From positions 48,610,001 to 48,674,000 of the forward strand of contig NC_087437.1 in assembly GCF_036321535.1 (NCBI RefSeq): a DNA stretch of 64,000 nt, in the 5' to 3' direction. The notes below the pieces were generated by a model. It had not been told where the DNA came from. It made no database searches and saw nothing but the letters and a program-made list of their open reading frames with translations. Within the stretch, counting starts at the first letter, position 1; each line of letters starts with the position of its first letter. This document shows positions 24,224-37,355 of this stretch, piece after piece. Origin of the DNA: Camelus dromedarius. Taxonomy: Eukaryota. The translations under genes and the position numbers were made by a program.

Positions 24224-24619
24224 CTGTAAAAAGGAAACAAGGTACATAAATACATATTTTAAATAACAATATTAAATACATACTACTAAACATGTCTTAC
24301 ATTAAGTTATATATTCTATTAAATACTTCTAATAATCAAATTTTTAAATTTCACCCTTCATGCTGTAATGTCTCTGATATAATTATCTATTGATGTTTGG
24401 GTTTACTTTGAATTCAATAATTCTAGGAAATATTACGTATGCTTACAGTTAAAACTGAATTATTAAGTGACTGCTACTTATGAGGAGAAATAGGTGGGAG
24501 AGGATCTCAGGCTTTGGTTCAATAGATGGTTCACCTTCTAGGGTTCATTATCTGATTCAACCCATGTCCCAGAAGGTAAAAACATTTACAGTGTGAGAAA
24601 GCTCAGGTTCTTGGTTAAC

Positions 24620-24828
24620 TATAAGCTCTGGAATCAGACTGTCTTAGTTACGTATTAGCCATCTGATCCTGGGGGGCAACCTCCTCTTCCTCCGTTTCCT
24701 CATTTCTAAAATGGAGGTAATAACAATACCTACCTACCTGGGCTGTTGTGATGGTTAAAGAAGTTACTGTCAAAGAGTATGTACAACAATGTTTGACATG
24801 TAGAAACGCCATGTCTTATTATTATTAT
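24620..24828 (+). mobile_element. MIR SINE
   Basis: gctctggaatcagact...cctccgtttcctcatttctaaaatggaggtaataacaatacctacc...gttgtgatggttaaa. Confidence 0.75.
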
Positions 24829-26399
24829 TACATATCTAATCACATATTGCTGGAGAGAAAAATGCTAAATAGGATGTAACCCCATCGGATGCGTAGATGG
24901 GTCATACATACTCAGATTCCAGTTTTCTAGCTTTATACCATTTGGAACCCTCCCTCCAACGCAAAACCAGAACAAGGTTTGTGCTCCTTGTCCTCTGTTA
25001 GTCCCTCTTAGGGTACCTAAAACAAAAATTTTCTAGTGCCAAGACCTATCCCTCTCCTCTCCTTCTGTCTTCCTGTTTCCCTCCCTTCCTCCCTCCTCTG
25101 TCATTCTCATTGCTTGTACTTCTCTGATGTATCAGGACCTAAGACTGATGCAGGGCAGTAAGAATATTTTTACATAAAGGAATGATTTTATAAAATTAAC
25201 TTTCAGAAAGAAAATTCTAATTTGAGATAATTTCCAACCTGAAGTAATTTGTTTCTATTAAGGAAAATAAGAGATGGAGTGGAATGAGAGACTGAATACA
25301 GAATGACTTTACAATCTGATGCTACTACTGAGAAGAGAAAACCTTCATTAGCAGGTTAACTAGCTTTAATATCTTCAAAAATTCACTGCATTTCCATTCA
25401 CTTTCTCTCTCTATCAAAACCAGAGCTGAGATAGGCATTAGTACTAGCCTACTGCATAATGGACAGAGCCCCACGGTAGTTAAAAGGGGGAACACTGGAA
25501 GCATCCCCACAAAGCAAAACAGACATAATTCAGGTCGGGGTCAAAAAACATGTTCAGATACAAATGTCATCCTCCTATCATTCTGCAGCACTAATATTCT
25601 CATATTCTATGAAATTTTAAAAACATTTATTGAGTACCTACTAAAAGTACTATATTAAGATATACAATGCTTCTAATGCCAAGTGCCCTAAAATAATATT
25701 AAATATTGTTTTCTATTTTAAAATGAATACTAGGACTCAGAAAAAGTAAAATAGCAGTAGTAGTATAACCTTGACATTCAAAACCAGTTCTAATTCCAAA
25801 ACATGTGCTCTTTTCCATTAAACCACAAGAAGCAGGTTTTCTAAAATTTCATCAGGCCCAAACTACTCCAAGCCAATATTTTGTCATCTTAAAATTTATT
25901 ATTATTGTTTTTTTAATTTTAAAAAGCAATAGCTGAGCCCTTTCACCTTTTAGCCCTAAAGGAGTTCAGGGCAATTCTTTCTGTAACCACTAGAGGACAC
26001 TCATCACTAGCCTTTCCAGCTGTTTTAACATCTAAACCCTTTGGAGTTTTCCCCACATTTAGGTCCATGCTCACTCCTTCACTCTTACTTTTCAGTTAAA
26101 CTTTAACATAGGTTCTATATTACACAGGTTCCCCTAATATAGGTTTTATATTGCCATAAACATATTAAAATACCTAAAGATGATGAACATTTTCATCTTA
26201 TTAACAATATTGAGTCATCTGAAATATTTTAACTAAGTAAATATTTGGATAACAACAATAGATGACCCATAAAAGAGCAGCTTCTTTTAGGTGTCATTTC
26301 AAAGATAAAGGGCAATCAAGTTATTATAGTAGATACATAATATAAAACTGGAATTTATCAATTTTTAAAATCATACTATTTAAGAGTATTTTTAAGTCA

Positions 26400-26570
26400 C
26401 ATGAATTAGGGGTCAAATCCTAGCTCTCCATGAGGTAGCTGTGTAATCATGTACAAGTTACTTAATCTGTAAAACAAGTAATAAATTCTTTCTCACAAGA
26501 CATCTATAAGGATTAAATGAAATAAAATGCTAAAGACATATTTAGCATATAGTAAATACGTAATGAATGG
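26400..26570 (+). mobile_element. MIR fragment
   Basis: tcaaatcctagctctcc...agctgtgtaatcatgtacaagttacttaatctgtaaaa...ggattaaatgaaataa. Confidence 0.65.
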
Positions 26571-26740
26571 TAATGTTTCATTCTCTTAGTCAGTATAGAA
26601 ATATGAACATTAGTTCATACATTTTTTATATATGTGGGTAGCTTGGCAGTCATCCTGTCCAAAGTAAAGTCCTATGAACATGTCAACTTTAAAACAGAAT
26701 GACTAATGATAGAATATATGAAGCATAAAATGTAAGTTAC

Positions 26741-26905
26741 ATGAAGCTTCTTGATCTCTGTTTCCAAAAGGCTAACTGTAGATTTTTTCTCTTCCAATGT
26801 CTTTTTAAGTTCAACAATTTTTGTTTCAAGTGCTTGTTTTTCTTCTGAATTAATTTCTCCCTTTAACCGTGACATTCGGCGTTCCACTTGTTGAATGTAA
26901 AAATC
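26741..26905 (-). CDS. CCDC39: CCDC39 exon 11 (165 nt)
   Basis: [59 protein letters not shown]. Confidence 0.96.
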
Positions 26906-27853
26906 CTGTTACAGTTTTAAAAAATAAGTTAGTAAGGAAAAACAGTTAAAATCATTTCTACAAACGCAAAAACACTGTAAAAATACTTTCTTATATGAGT
27001 TTGGCCTGATGTCATCATTTACTAAAGTCACTTTAAACCTTCAGTAATTTACAGGATGAAATCCTTCTTAGTCTAAAGGGTAAAACAACAAACTAGTCTT
27101 CAAGAGCCAGGGTACATGACAATGACACAGAAATAATCTTCTGAAAATATAACAAAGCAGCTAAGTACGTATTTATCATCCTACCATGATGGAACCTCAG
27201 TGAATCCACTGAATTTACACAGACATCGATTTTTGATGGGACATTTTCTAAGGGGTGTAAAAAAGATAAAGTCACAGACTGTTAGGAGTGAAAGGCCTAA
27301 CAAATCTGATGAACTTCTAATGAGTTATTTTTAAAATTACATATTAGCATCTGTAATTTTGAGAAACTAAGAATATATCAGACAGGGAAATTAAGATGTA
27401 GACAAGGAAGACATTAATAAAGTAATGTAAGGCAGAATATATAAACAGAACAAATAAGGAAAAACTTAAAAAATATTTTTAACCTATTGGTCCACAGGTT
27501 GGGGTGGGGAAGCCAATGTCTGCATAACTAAGAATCATAGTTTTTCTAGGTTTCAGATATTTCACTCCTTGTTTTGTTTTGCTAGAGATCCAGTTGCTCC
27601 AAGATTCCTTTAAAGCATGGCTCTTCCCTACTAGAGTTGTCTATCCTCTTATCTGTTCATTTCAGATTGAGAGAAAAATAGTTTCTAAGGCTCCCTCACC
27701 CAGCTACTGACCTAACATGATAGCCCATCTTCGGCATCCATCTATCCCCTCAAGAGTTCTTAGAAATCTTTGTTTCCTTAGGACACTGCAGTATCTTGAC
27801 TGTCACAATGATAACAAATTAATCTGGAAAATATTCATAAGTGTAACATCTAC

Positions 27854-28048
27854 CTGACTGTACATAATTTCTTGCTGCTTCAAGGTTTCAAAGTCCAGTT
27901 TATGTAACTGATGGTTGAGGTGCTTTAGAGAGGAACGGGTTCCTTCAATTTCAGATACAACAGCTTTTTCTTTCATTGTCTCCGCCTGTAGTTCCTGGAC
28001 TTTCTTAAATAACACATCTTTCACTATGTTCAATTGAACTTCTACTTC
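27854..28048 (-). CDS. CCDC39: CCDC39 exon 10 (195 nt)
   Basis: [69 protein letters not shown]. Confidence 0.96.
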
Positions 28049-28350
28049 CTGATGATAAGAATAAAAGTGATTAATGAAATTATAATACCTTGAAATGTTT
28101 TATTGCCTGAACATTATAATTTGTGGGCTCTTAAAATGGGGGGCTCAAAGGCCCCCATTTTAGCCCTTCCCACAACTTCAACAAATTCCCAACATTGCTT
28201 GTAGGATACTCTAATCTAGTAGACTAGAATAGCAGTTTTCTGTTCCTGTAGCTTGTACCTTGATCTGTCATCTTAACTCTGTTCTATGTCACCTTAGCCT
28301 TAGAACTTGGCTATTCCAGTGGTTTCCCTAGAACATAGAATATACTGGAG

Positions 28351-31300
28351 GATTTTTCTGGTCAAGATGGAAAAGTATTAGGACCACAAGCTCACCTACT
28401 CTCATGATCACAACAAAATCACAGCTGACTGCTAAATAATCATTGATTAAAAAGACTGGAACCTAGCAAAAAAGATCTCCTTCAACTGGAAATGTAAAGA
28501 GGGAACCACAAGGGGATGGCAGTAGGGGGTGCATTCATGATATAACTGGGTCCCCTATCCCTGGGTGGGCGACCTACAAGCTGGAGAAAATTATATTGCA
28601 GAGCCCCTCCCAGAAGAGTGAGAGTTCTGAACCTCATGTCAGGCTCTCCAGCCCAGGGTTCTGGCATTGTGAGGAGTCCTCAGAACATCCAGTTGTGAAG
28701 GTCAATGGGGCTTAATTGCAGGAGCACCATGGCAATGGAGGATAAAGAGACTTCACCCTCTTTGCAAGTGCACACAGAATTTTGCATGCACTGGGCCAAG
28801 GGCAAAAGCAGTGATTCTATAGGAACCTGGGCCAGACCTGCCTGCTAGTTTTGGAAGTTCTCTTGGGGAGGTAGAGGGTGGCTGTGGCTCACCCTGGGGA
28901 CATAAATGCTGGTGGCGGACATTCAGGTAGTGTTCATCTACACAAGCTTTCCTGGAGGCTGACATTTTTGTTTAGGTCATTGGTGCCAAGACTTAGCCCC
29001 ACCCAACAACCTGTAGGCTTAAGTACTGGGAAACCTCAGGCCAAACAGCATACTCAGTAGGAATGCAGCCCCACCCATCAGCCGACTTCCTGAGCCCACA
29101 GCCACCTCTAGACACTCCCCTAGACACAACCCTGCCCACCAGAGGACAAGGATCCAACTCCACCCAGCAGGGGGCAGGCACCAACCCCTCCTGCCAGGAA
29201 ACCTGTACAAGCCTCTAGCCCAGCCTTACTCACCAGGAGGCCAATAACATAAGTAAGAAAACAACAGCCCCACAGCCTGTGGAAGGAGTCTGTAATAGCA
29301 GGCCAGATTCTACCCTGGGACAAACTGGGCTCTGGCCCTTGGGTGACAGGGGAGTGCACTGCTGGGATGCACAGGACTTCTCCCACAGAAGGCCACCTCT
29401 CCAAGGTCGAGAAACATAACCATATGAATAAAACCATATGATCATCTCAATAGATGAAGAAAAAGCTTTTGATAAAATTCAATATCTATTTATGATAAAA
29501 ACTCTCCAGAAAGTGGGCACAGATAGAACATACCTCAACATAATAAAGGCCATATATGACAAACCCAAAGCTAACATCATACTCAATGGTAAAAAGCAGA
29601 AAGCATTTTCTCTGAGATCAGGAACAAGACAAAGATGCCCACTCTCACCACTTTTATTCTATTCAACATAGTTTTGGAAGTTCTAGCCACAGAAATCAGA
29701 GAAGAAAAAGAAATGAAAGGAATCCAAATTGGAAAAGAAGAAGTAAAACTGTCACTGTTTGCCAATGACATGATACTATACATAGGAAATCTTAAAGATG
29801 CAACCAGAAAACTACTAGAGTTCATCAATGAATCTGGTAAAGTTGCAGGATAAAAAATTAATATACATAAATCAGTTGCATTTCTATACACTAACAACAA
29901 AACATCAGATAAAGAAATTAAGAAAACAATCCCATTTACCATCACATCAAAAAGAATATAATACCTAGGAATAAATCTATGTAAGGAGACAAAGAATCTG
30001 TACTTCAAAAACTATATTGTTAAAATGGCCATACTATCCAAGGCAATATACAATCCCTATCAAATTACCAATGATATTTTTGACCAAACTGGAACAAAAA
30101 ATGTTAAAATTTGTGTGAAAACACAAAAGACCCTGAATAGCCAAAACAATCTTGAGAAAGAAGAGAGCTGGAGGAGTCATGCTCCCTGACTTCAGACTAT
30201 ACTATAAAGCTACAGTAATCAAAAGAGTATGGTACTGGCACAAAAACAGACACATAAATCAATGGAACAGGATAGAAAGCCCAGAATAAACACACACACT
30301 TTTAGTCAATTAATCTACAACAAAGGAGACAAGAATATACAGTGGAGAAAAGACAGTCTCTTCAACAAGTGGTGCTGGGAAAACTGGACAGCTACATGTA
30401 AAAGGATGAAATTAGAGCATTCTCTAACACCATATACAAAAATAAACTCAAAATGGATTAAAGACCTAAATGTAATACCAAATACTATAAAACTCCTAGA
30501 GGAAAACATAGGCAGAACACTCTTTGACATAAATCACAGCAATATTCTTTTTGAACCAGTTCCTAGAGTAATGGAAATATAAGCAAAAATAAACAAATGG
30601 GACATAATCAAACTTACAAGCTTTTGCACAGCTAAGGATATGATACCATCATCAAAATGAAAAGACAACCTACAGAATAGGAGAAAATATTTGCAAATGA
30701 TGTGACCAACAAGGGACTAATTTCCAAAATATATAAACAGCTCATACAGCTTAATATAAAAAAAACCAAGCAACCCAATCAAAACAATGGGCAGAACACC
30801 TAATAGACATTTTCCCAAAGAAGACATACAGACAGCAAACAGGCACATGAAAAGATGCTCAACAATGCTAATTATTAGAGAAATGCAAATCAAAACCACA
30901 ATGAGGTATCACCTCACAACAGTCAGAATGGTCATCATGAAAAAGTCTACAAATAATAAATGCTGGAGATGGTGTGGAGAAAAAGGAACCCTCCTACAAT
31001 GTTGGTGGGAATGTAAATTGGTGCAACCACTATGGAGGACAATATGGAGGTTCCTTAAAAAACTGAAAATAGACTTACCATATGATCCAGCAATCCCACT
31101 CCTGGGCATATATCAAAAGAAAACTATAATTCGAAAAGACACATGTACCCCAGTGTTCACAGCAGCATTATTTGCAACAGCCAAGAAATGGAAACAACCT
31201 AAATGTCCACTGATACACAAATGGATAAAAAAGATGTGGTACATATATACAATGTAATACTATTTAGCCATAAAAAAGAATAAAATAATGCCATTTGCAG

Positions 31301-31784
31301 CTACAGGGATAGACCTAGAGATCATCATTCTAAGTGAAGTAAGCCAGAAAGAAAAAGAAAAATACAAAATGTATCACTTAAATGAGGAATCTTAAAAAAA
31401 AAAAAAAAAAAAGACACAACTGAACTTATTTACAAAACAGAAACAAACTCACAGACATAGAGAACAAACTTATGATTACCAGGGAGTAAAGGGGGTGGAG
31501 AAGAGATAAATCAGGAGTTCCAGACTTGCAGATACTAACTACTATATATAAAATAGATAAACAACAAGTTTTTACTGTACAGCACAGGGAACTATATTCA
31601 ATATCTAATAGTAACCTAAAATAAAAAATATATGAATACATGAACCTATAATTAAAAATAATGAAAAAGAGTATTAAAACAAATATATGTATATATATGC
31701 ATGACTGAAACATTATGCTGTACCCCAGAAACTGACACAGTGTAAATTGACTATATTTCAATAAAAAAGAGTGCTAGATAAATA
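28351..31784 (+). mobile_element. LINE-1 with 5' UTR fused directly to the ORF2 RT region, plus 3' UTR and tail (ORF1 and endonuclease absent)
   Basis: GC-rich 5' UTR starting ggtcaagatgg to about 29420, then [23 protein letters not shown] and the ORF2 C-terminus ([12 protein letters not shown]); candidate TSD aatatactggag 28339-28350 / aatacactagag 31785-31796. Confidence 0.9.
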
Positions 31785-31894
31785 AATACACTAGAGACAC
31801 ACAGCTTATAAGTTCACAAAGTTTAATAAAGTCTTAAGAGTGTCAAGGGAAGAAATCACATCACCCAGTTTCCCACCTTCTTTTGGGAACTACC

Positions 31895-32325
31895 CAGTGG
31901 GCAGGTAAATGTTTAACCACCAGCCTTCTGGTGGGAAGCAGGGGGAAGAGGCTGATTACCACGATTATTTATAGTCCCACTATGGCCAATTTTAAGTACA
32001 TTATTAACATTATTCCACTAAATGCAGCACTTGGAAGAGATATGCATTAGCAGACCATTATGCAGTGTTTCTACTATACAGATATAATAGATGTTAGTAA
32101 TCTTGAGTAGTCTTAAGAGAAGAGGTAACTGTAAAATGTTGTAAAATAATTTGAAAATGATATGTGCTGAGTACTTATTACTTTTGTTTATAATGTAATT
32201 TAATTTTAAGTCTATATAATTTAACTTTTAGTAGTAGTTATGGTTAATAGCTGACTTATAAAATTTCAGAAAATTTAACTATCAGCTCTTGTGAGCCAGT
32301 GTGAGCTGGCCCTAACACACTACTG
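31895..32325 (-). mobile_element. MER63B-like hAT-Blackjack DNA transposon
   Basis: Termini cagtgg..ggtaaatgtttaac and gagccagtgtgagctggccctaacacactactg; internal cccactatggccaattttaag and ttggaagagatatgca. Confidence 0.75.
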
Positions 32326-34035
32326 GCACTGCCTCTTCCTGACACCTTGCCTGTAGCTGCCCTCCCTACATGTGCAGCTCTCTAGGAGATAAAAACCAGT
32401 CCCCCATTCCCACTGCTCCTTTTTCAGGAGGCAAGCCTATTTTGACCTCAAGACATCACATCAGTGTATTCCAGGCTTCAGGTAGACCTCCCATGCCAAG
32501 ATCTATTGAAAGCTATCATTCTAAAATGTTGGAGTAAGTTTCCTCTGTGCACTTATACCCAGATAAGAATAATTCCCTTTGCCAACCAATGTACCTCAAC
32601 ATGAAACAAAAGAAGTCTGTGATTGGCACATTTAGGTTTTCACCAATCAAGAAATATAATCTGATCTAATCTTGTGAAATACATTACTTGTCATATAATA
32701 GACAATTTTCATTGAGTTTAAGACCTTCTGAAAGATTGCCTGGCAGTTTTACAGTTGGTGATTGATGGTGAATAACATAGCACATCTCCAAAACAAGCTT
32801 GGGATTTTTTCCAATCAAAATCGACAGCTACAAGATTATGAGTACAACCCTATTAGGGCACAATCAGTTCACATGCTACCAATCTAATATTTTTCTAATT
32901 CAGCTAATTTCTGTAAAAAATCACTAGTTTTTAATTCTGTCATCAGAAGGTCTATTTCATATAAATTTCATGGTCTTTACATATTTCTAATAAGTCCTAA
33001 CACCCTCCCATTTCATGTGCTACAGAAAATCATGGTCTTAAGGGGAGAAAAAGCCATAATTTTTGAAAAATAATGTTGTATGATTTGAACTCAAATACCA
33101 CTCAAGTCAAGATTATTGCATGGATGTGCAGTATACTGTATATATGTATTTAAATGTAATATAATGTATATGTGCAGTCAAACTGTAATAATTCTACCTA
33201 ATAAAACTGAAAAGGGAAAAAAAAAGATTGTTGCATGGCTTCATTACTCAGGAATTTTATACATACACAACAGCACACTGAGGAAGCTGGATTCTATCCA
33301 AATATAAGTGAAACCATACTTGACATAAGCCTCAACAAATGGAGGATTTTGCCACCATCTTCAGCTGCCCCTCCTCTTCCCCCTTCCAAAAAAGAGTAAA
33401 AGCAAGAAGTAGTACCTACAGTGATAGGTCACACAAGTCAATCTGAAGTTTTCAAAGAGGAAATGGTGAACCAGCCTTTTCCAGTTCCTCAAAAGTTGGC
33501 TTTAATGCCACCAGAATGACAGAGATGAAGGTAGAAGGGGGATGCCAGTGAAGTGAGTGAAATGTTAGCACTTAAAAGCCCATTTACCAATAAATGGTAG
33601 AAGAATGTAAGAGGTTCAAGAGATAGATGATGAAGAAGTAATGAATGTAGACCATTGCTGGGAATCTGATCACAAACAAACAATAATGAAGATAATCAGT
33701 TGTAAAACAAAGGCACTTTTCAAGGTATATTTGCAATATAAGACTATCTGTATGAATGGCAAACAGGAATAGGGACACAGTAAGAATAGAGAAGGCAGAG
33801 AATCTAAGATAGAGGGGCTACCTTTAAAAGAAGACATCAAAGTTAAAGGCTGAAAGTGAAGAGAACAGAGAATTAGGAGCTTAAGATTAAAAAAGGGGTC
33901 CAACAACTCAACAATCTGATTACAAATGTGATCACACCAGAAATTGGAGCCTCTTAAAAGACCTCCTACTCCTCTGATCAAGAGTCTAGTTAAGTCACTA
34001 TTGCTAAATTTGCTGTAATTTTTTAAAAACCTTAC

Positions 34036-34168
34036 CTTTACACCTCTTTCCTCCTCCCTTAGCATGTCTTCCAAGTTAGTAGCTTTCTCCTCCACAGACA
34101 TAGTTTTCTCAGTTATATGCTTTAATTTTTTTCTTACAATCTGATTATGATTTTTAATTTTGTATAAC
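34036..34168 (-). CDS. CCDC39: CCDC39 exon 9 (133 nt)
   Basis: (R)[52 protein letters not shown]. Confidence 0.95.
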
Positions 34169-34348
34169 CTATAGAGAATTTATGAGGAAAAATAAATTTA
34201 TGAGGAAAACATGTCTAAAATATATTTAATGCAAACAAACAAGTAATAGTTTAACCTAAGATTTCTTCATATAACTTATTTTCTTTTGACATAAACCTTT
34301 CTATTACCAATATATACTTAATAAGCCATAAAAAATATTTCTCCTAAG

Positions 34349-34522
34349 GTGGAGAGGGTATAGCTTAAGTGGTAAAGCACATGCTTAGCATACACAAGGT
34401 CCTGGGTTCAATCCCCAGTACCTCCTCTAAAAATAAATAAATAAATAAACAAATAAACAAATAAATAAGCAAACCTAATAAACTCCCCCCTAAAAATAAA
34501 TGAAATTTTAAAATAACAATTA
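34349..34522 (+). mobile_element. tRNA-derived SINE, camelid Vic-1-like
   Basis: A box tagcttaagtgg, B box gggttcaatccc, (AAAT)n tail; TSD aaaaatatttctcctaag 34331-34348 / aaaaaattttatcctaag 34523-34540. Confidence 0.85.
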
Positions 34523-34691
34523 AAAAAATTTTATCCTAAGCCTTTGTATTGAAAAACCCAGGAAAAGTTTTTTAAGTTTAATAATTTAGTAGCTATAATT
34601 TTACAGTTATTTAACCAAAAAGTCAAATATTCAATAATTTTTCTAGGGTTAGTCAAAAACCATAAACATATTTAAATATCTTTTTTCTTAC

Positions 34692-34795
34692 CTTGTTGTT
34701 TCTTCACTAATGTCCTTTTTTATTTTGGAAATATTTTTCCTCAGAGCTTCTAAATCACTGGAACTTCTATTCACAGTGGCTTTTAAAGAATCCAG
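34692..34795 (-). CDS. CCDC39: CCDC39 exon 8 (104 nt)
   Basis: [34 protein letters not shown](R); AG/GTAAGA. Confidence 0.95.
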
Positions 34796-35025
34796 CTATT
34801 TATTAGTTAATAAACAGAAATTACATATTTACTTTATATCTTATAAATTAATTTCTTTTCTGAGAAGTTCTGTTCTGAACACCTTGATTTCTAGGCTACA
34901 TCACACCACAAATAAAGTAACCATGTTGCTGCAATACATATTTAACAATTTTTCTTTTTTATCTGATACTAAATTTTAAATGACTTGTATGATACTATAG
35001 AAATCTACACATATAAGTTAAAGGT

Positions 35026-36125
35026 ACATACAGCAAAAGCTTCACAACACTGTATTTGGTAATGATTTCTTGGATATGATACCAAAGGCACAGGCAACAA
35101 AAGAAAAAACAGGCAAATTGGACTTCATCAAAATTAAAAACTTCTGTGCCTCAAAGACAATAACAACAATGCAAAAAGGCAATGCGTAGAATGGGAAAAA
35201 ATATTTGCAAATTATATATCTGATAAAGGACTAATATCCAGAATATATACAGAACTAATTAAACTCAACAACAACAACAACAAAAAAAAAGCAGCCTAAT
35301 TCAAAAATGGACAAAGGACTTGAAGAGATATTTCTCTAGAGAAGGGATACAAAAGGCAAATATGCACATGAAAAGGTGCTCATCAGTAACCACTAGGGAA
35401 ATGCAACTCAAAACTACAATGAAGTAGTACCTCACACCCATTAGGATAGCTACAATCAAAAAAACCCCAAAATAACGAGTGTTGATGATGATGTGGTGAA
35501 ACTGGAACCCTTGTGCACTGTTAGTGGGGATGTAAAATGGTATAGCCACTGTGGAAAACAATATGACAGTTCCTCAAAGTCTTAAAAATATGATTACCAT
35601 ACGATCCAACAATTCTGAGACAACTATACAACCATGTTCATAGCAGCATTATTCACAATATCTAAAACATGGAAGCAACCCAAGGTCTCAACAGATGAAT
35701 GGAAAAGCAAAATGTGGCAGGTACATACAATAGAATAGAATTTATCCTTAAAAAGGAACTGAATTTTGACATATGCTATACCATGGATGACCCTTGAGGA
35801 CGTTCTACTAAGTAAAATAAGTGAAATAGGCCAGTCACAAAAAGACCAATATTTAATGATTCCATTTATATGAGGTACTTAGAGTAGTCTAAATTATCGA
35901 GACAGAAAGTAGAATGGTGGTTTCCAGGGGCTGCAGGGAGGAAAAGATGGGAAGTCATTGTTTAACGGTACAGAGTTTCAGCTTTACAAGAAAAGAGCTA
36001 TGAGCATGGGTGTTGGTGATAACTGCACAATATTAGGAGTGTATTTAATACCACTGAACTGTACACTTAAAAACAGTTAAGATGGTAATTGTATGCTACA
36101 TGTATTCACCACAATAAAAAAAAAA
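35026..36125 (+). mobile_element. L1MA/L1MB 3' portion (ORF2 C-terminus and 3' UTR)
   Basis: ttggacttcatcaaaattaaaaacttctgtgc...taataccactgaactgtacacttaaaa...caccacaataaaaa. Confidence 0.85.
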
Positions 36126-36129
36126 TTTG

Positions 36130-36470
36130 AGAAAAAGAAATGAAGTACTGATACATGCTGTAACACAGATGAACCTTGAAAACATTATGAAAGTAACCTG
36201 ACAAAAAAGGCACCATATTATATGATGTCACTTATATAAAATGTCCAAAATAGGCAAATCCATAGCGACAGAAAGTAGATCAGTAGTTGCCAGGGCCTGG
36301 TTAGAGGAGGGAAAGGAAAGTGATTGCTAATGGGGCTTCTTTGTGAAAGACAAAAATATTCTAAAATTAGATGGTGGTGATGGTTTCACAATTCTGTGAA
36401 GTACTAAAAACCACTGAATTGTACACTTTAAAAGGGTGTATTATGATATGTGAATTCTATCTCAATAAAC
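36130..36470 (+). mobile_element. Older L1MB/ME 3' end
   Basis: atgaagtactgatacatgc...gaaccttgaaaacattatg...accactgaattgtacactttaaa...ctcaataaa. Confidence 0.8.
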
Positions 36471-37124
36471 AAATTACAAATGAAGGAATTCTTTTCAGCA
36501 ATTGGTTTAAACTTCAAAATTTTTAAGAATGAGCTATTAGGAGTGACATTGAATTTATGCAAGAAATTCACTTATTTTACTTTTTAGGATCGTACTTATT
36601 CTCTTTGGACAGAAAAAAAATCTTTCCTTCTTTATCAGAAATAAAAAGTATAACAACTTATAGAATAGAATGCTCTGCAATATTCCAATTTCCCACCTAA
36701 TAGCAATAACTTCAGATAACATGGCCTCAAGGCACAAATTTCATAAAGATCCCTTTATTGCTAACTAAGGGACTGCTAACTCTCCCTATGGAATAATCTT
36801 TTGGCATGTATGCTCAAAAAAAAAAAAAAAAGAACAAAGCAGGAGAAGTTTCATTCTCTCTTAGCCTGTTTCAAGGTATTTTACCACTATATTGTCCCAC
36901 TACCACACTAGAATATTTTCCCTTACCAAGATGAGAAACTGAACTTAAGCAGGTAGCTCCACCTAGAATCTGAGAGTTAAAACCACCATACATATGTAGC
37001 ACTGGAAGGACATTGCTAGTTATCACCAATGTCAATAATTCACCTTCACATTTGCGCGTTTGCCAACTATCTGATAATTACGATTTGCAGTCTAGACCCT
37101 TCAGGAGCCTTCTGCCTCAGGTCA

Positions 37125-37205
37125 CTTAGGCAGGCAAGTTGGGCATTGCACAACTCCAGGGGGAGCCCGTCACGCCACCTGTGATGTGAATGACACCCAC
37201 CTGTT
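37125..37205. mobile_element. MER91B-like hAT-Tip100 fragment
   Basis: ttgcacaactccagggggagccc...tgtgaatgacacc resembles the palindromic MER91B core as I recall it. Confidence 0.5.
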
Positions 37206-37355
37206 GCCTTCACCAACCAAGGTCTCCTTAGAGTATCCCAAGGAAGTTCCACAAAAAGAACTAGAAGGCAGTTCCTTAATCAAAGGAAAGTCTTTATGGT
37301 TATTTGTATAGTAATTTGTCATAAACACACAAATTAGTCTTTTTTGTTGACATAC

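Noticed and set aside
28482..29445. Cluster of minus-strand ORFs as an ORF0-like gene
   Set aside because: Overlapping short frames in a GC-rich, decayed L1 5' UTR, with no single supported frame.
34349..34425. tRNA gene (also 56150-56225)
   Set aside because: A and B boxes are present, but an AT-rich tail follows and TSDs flank it, so it is a SINE.
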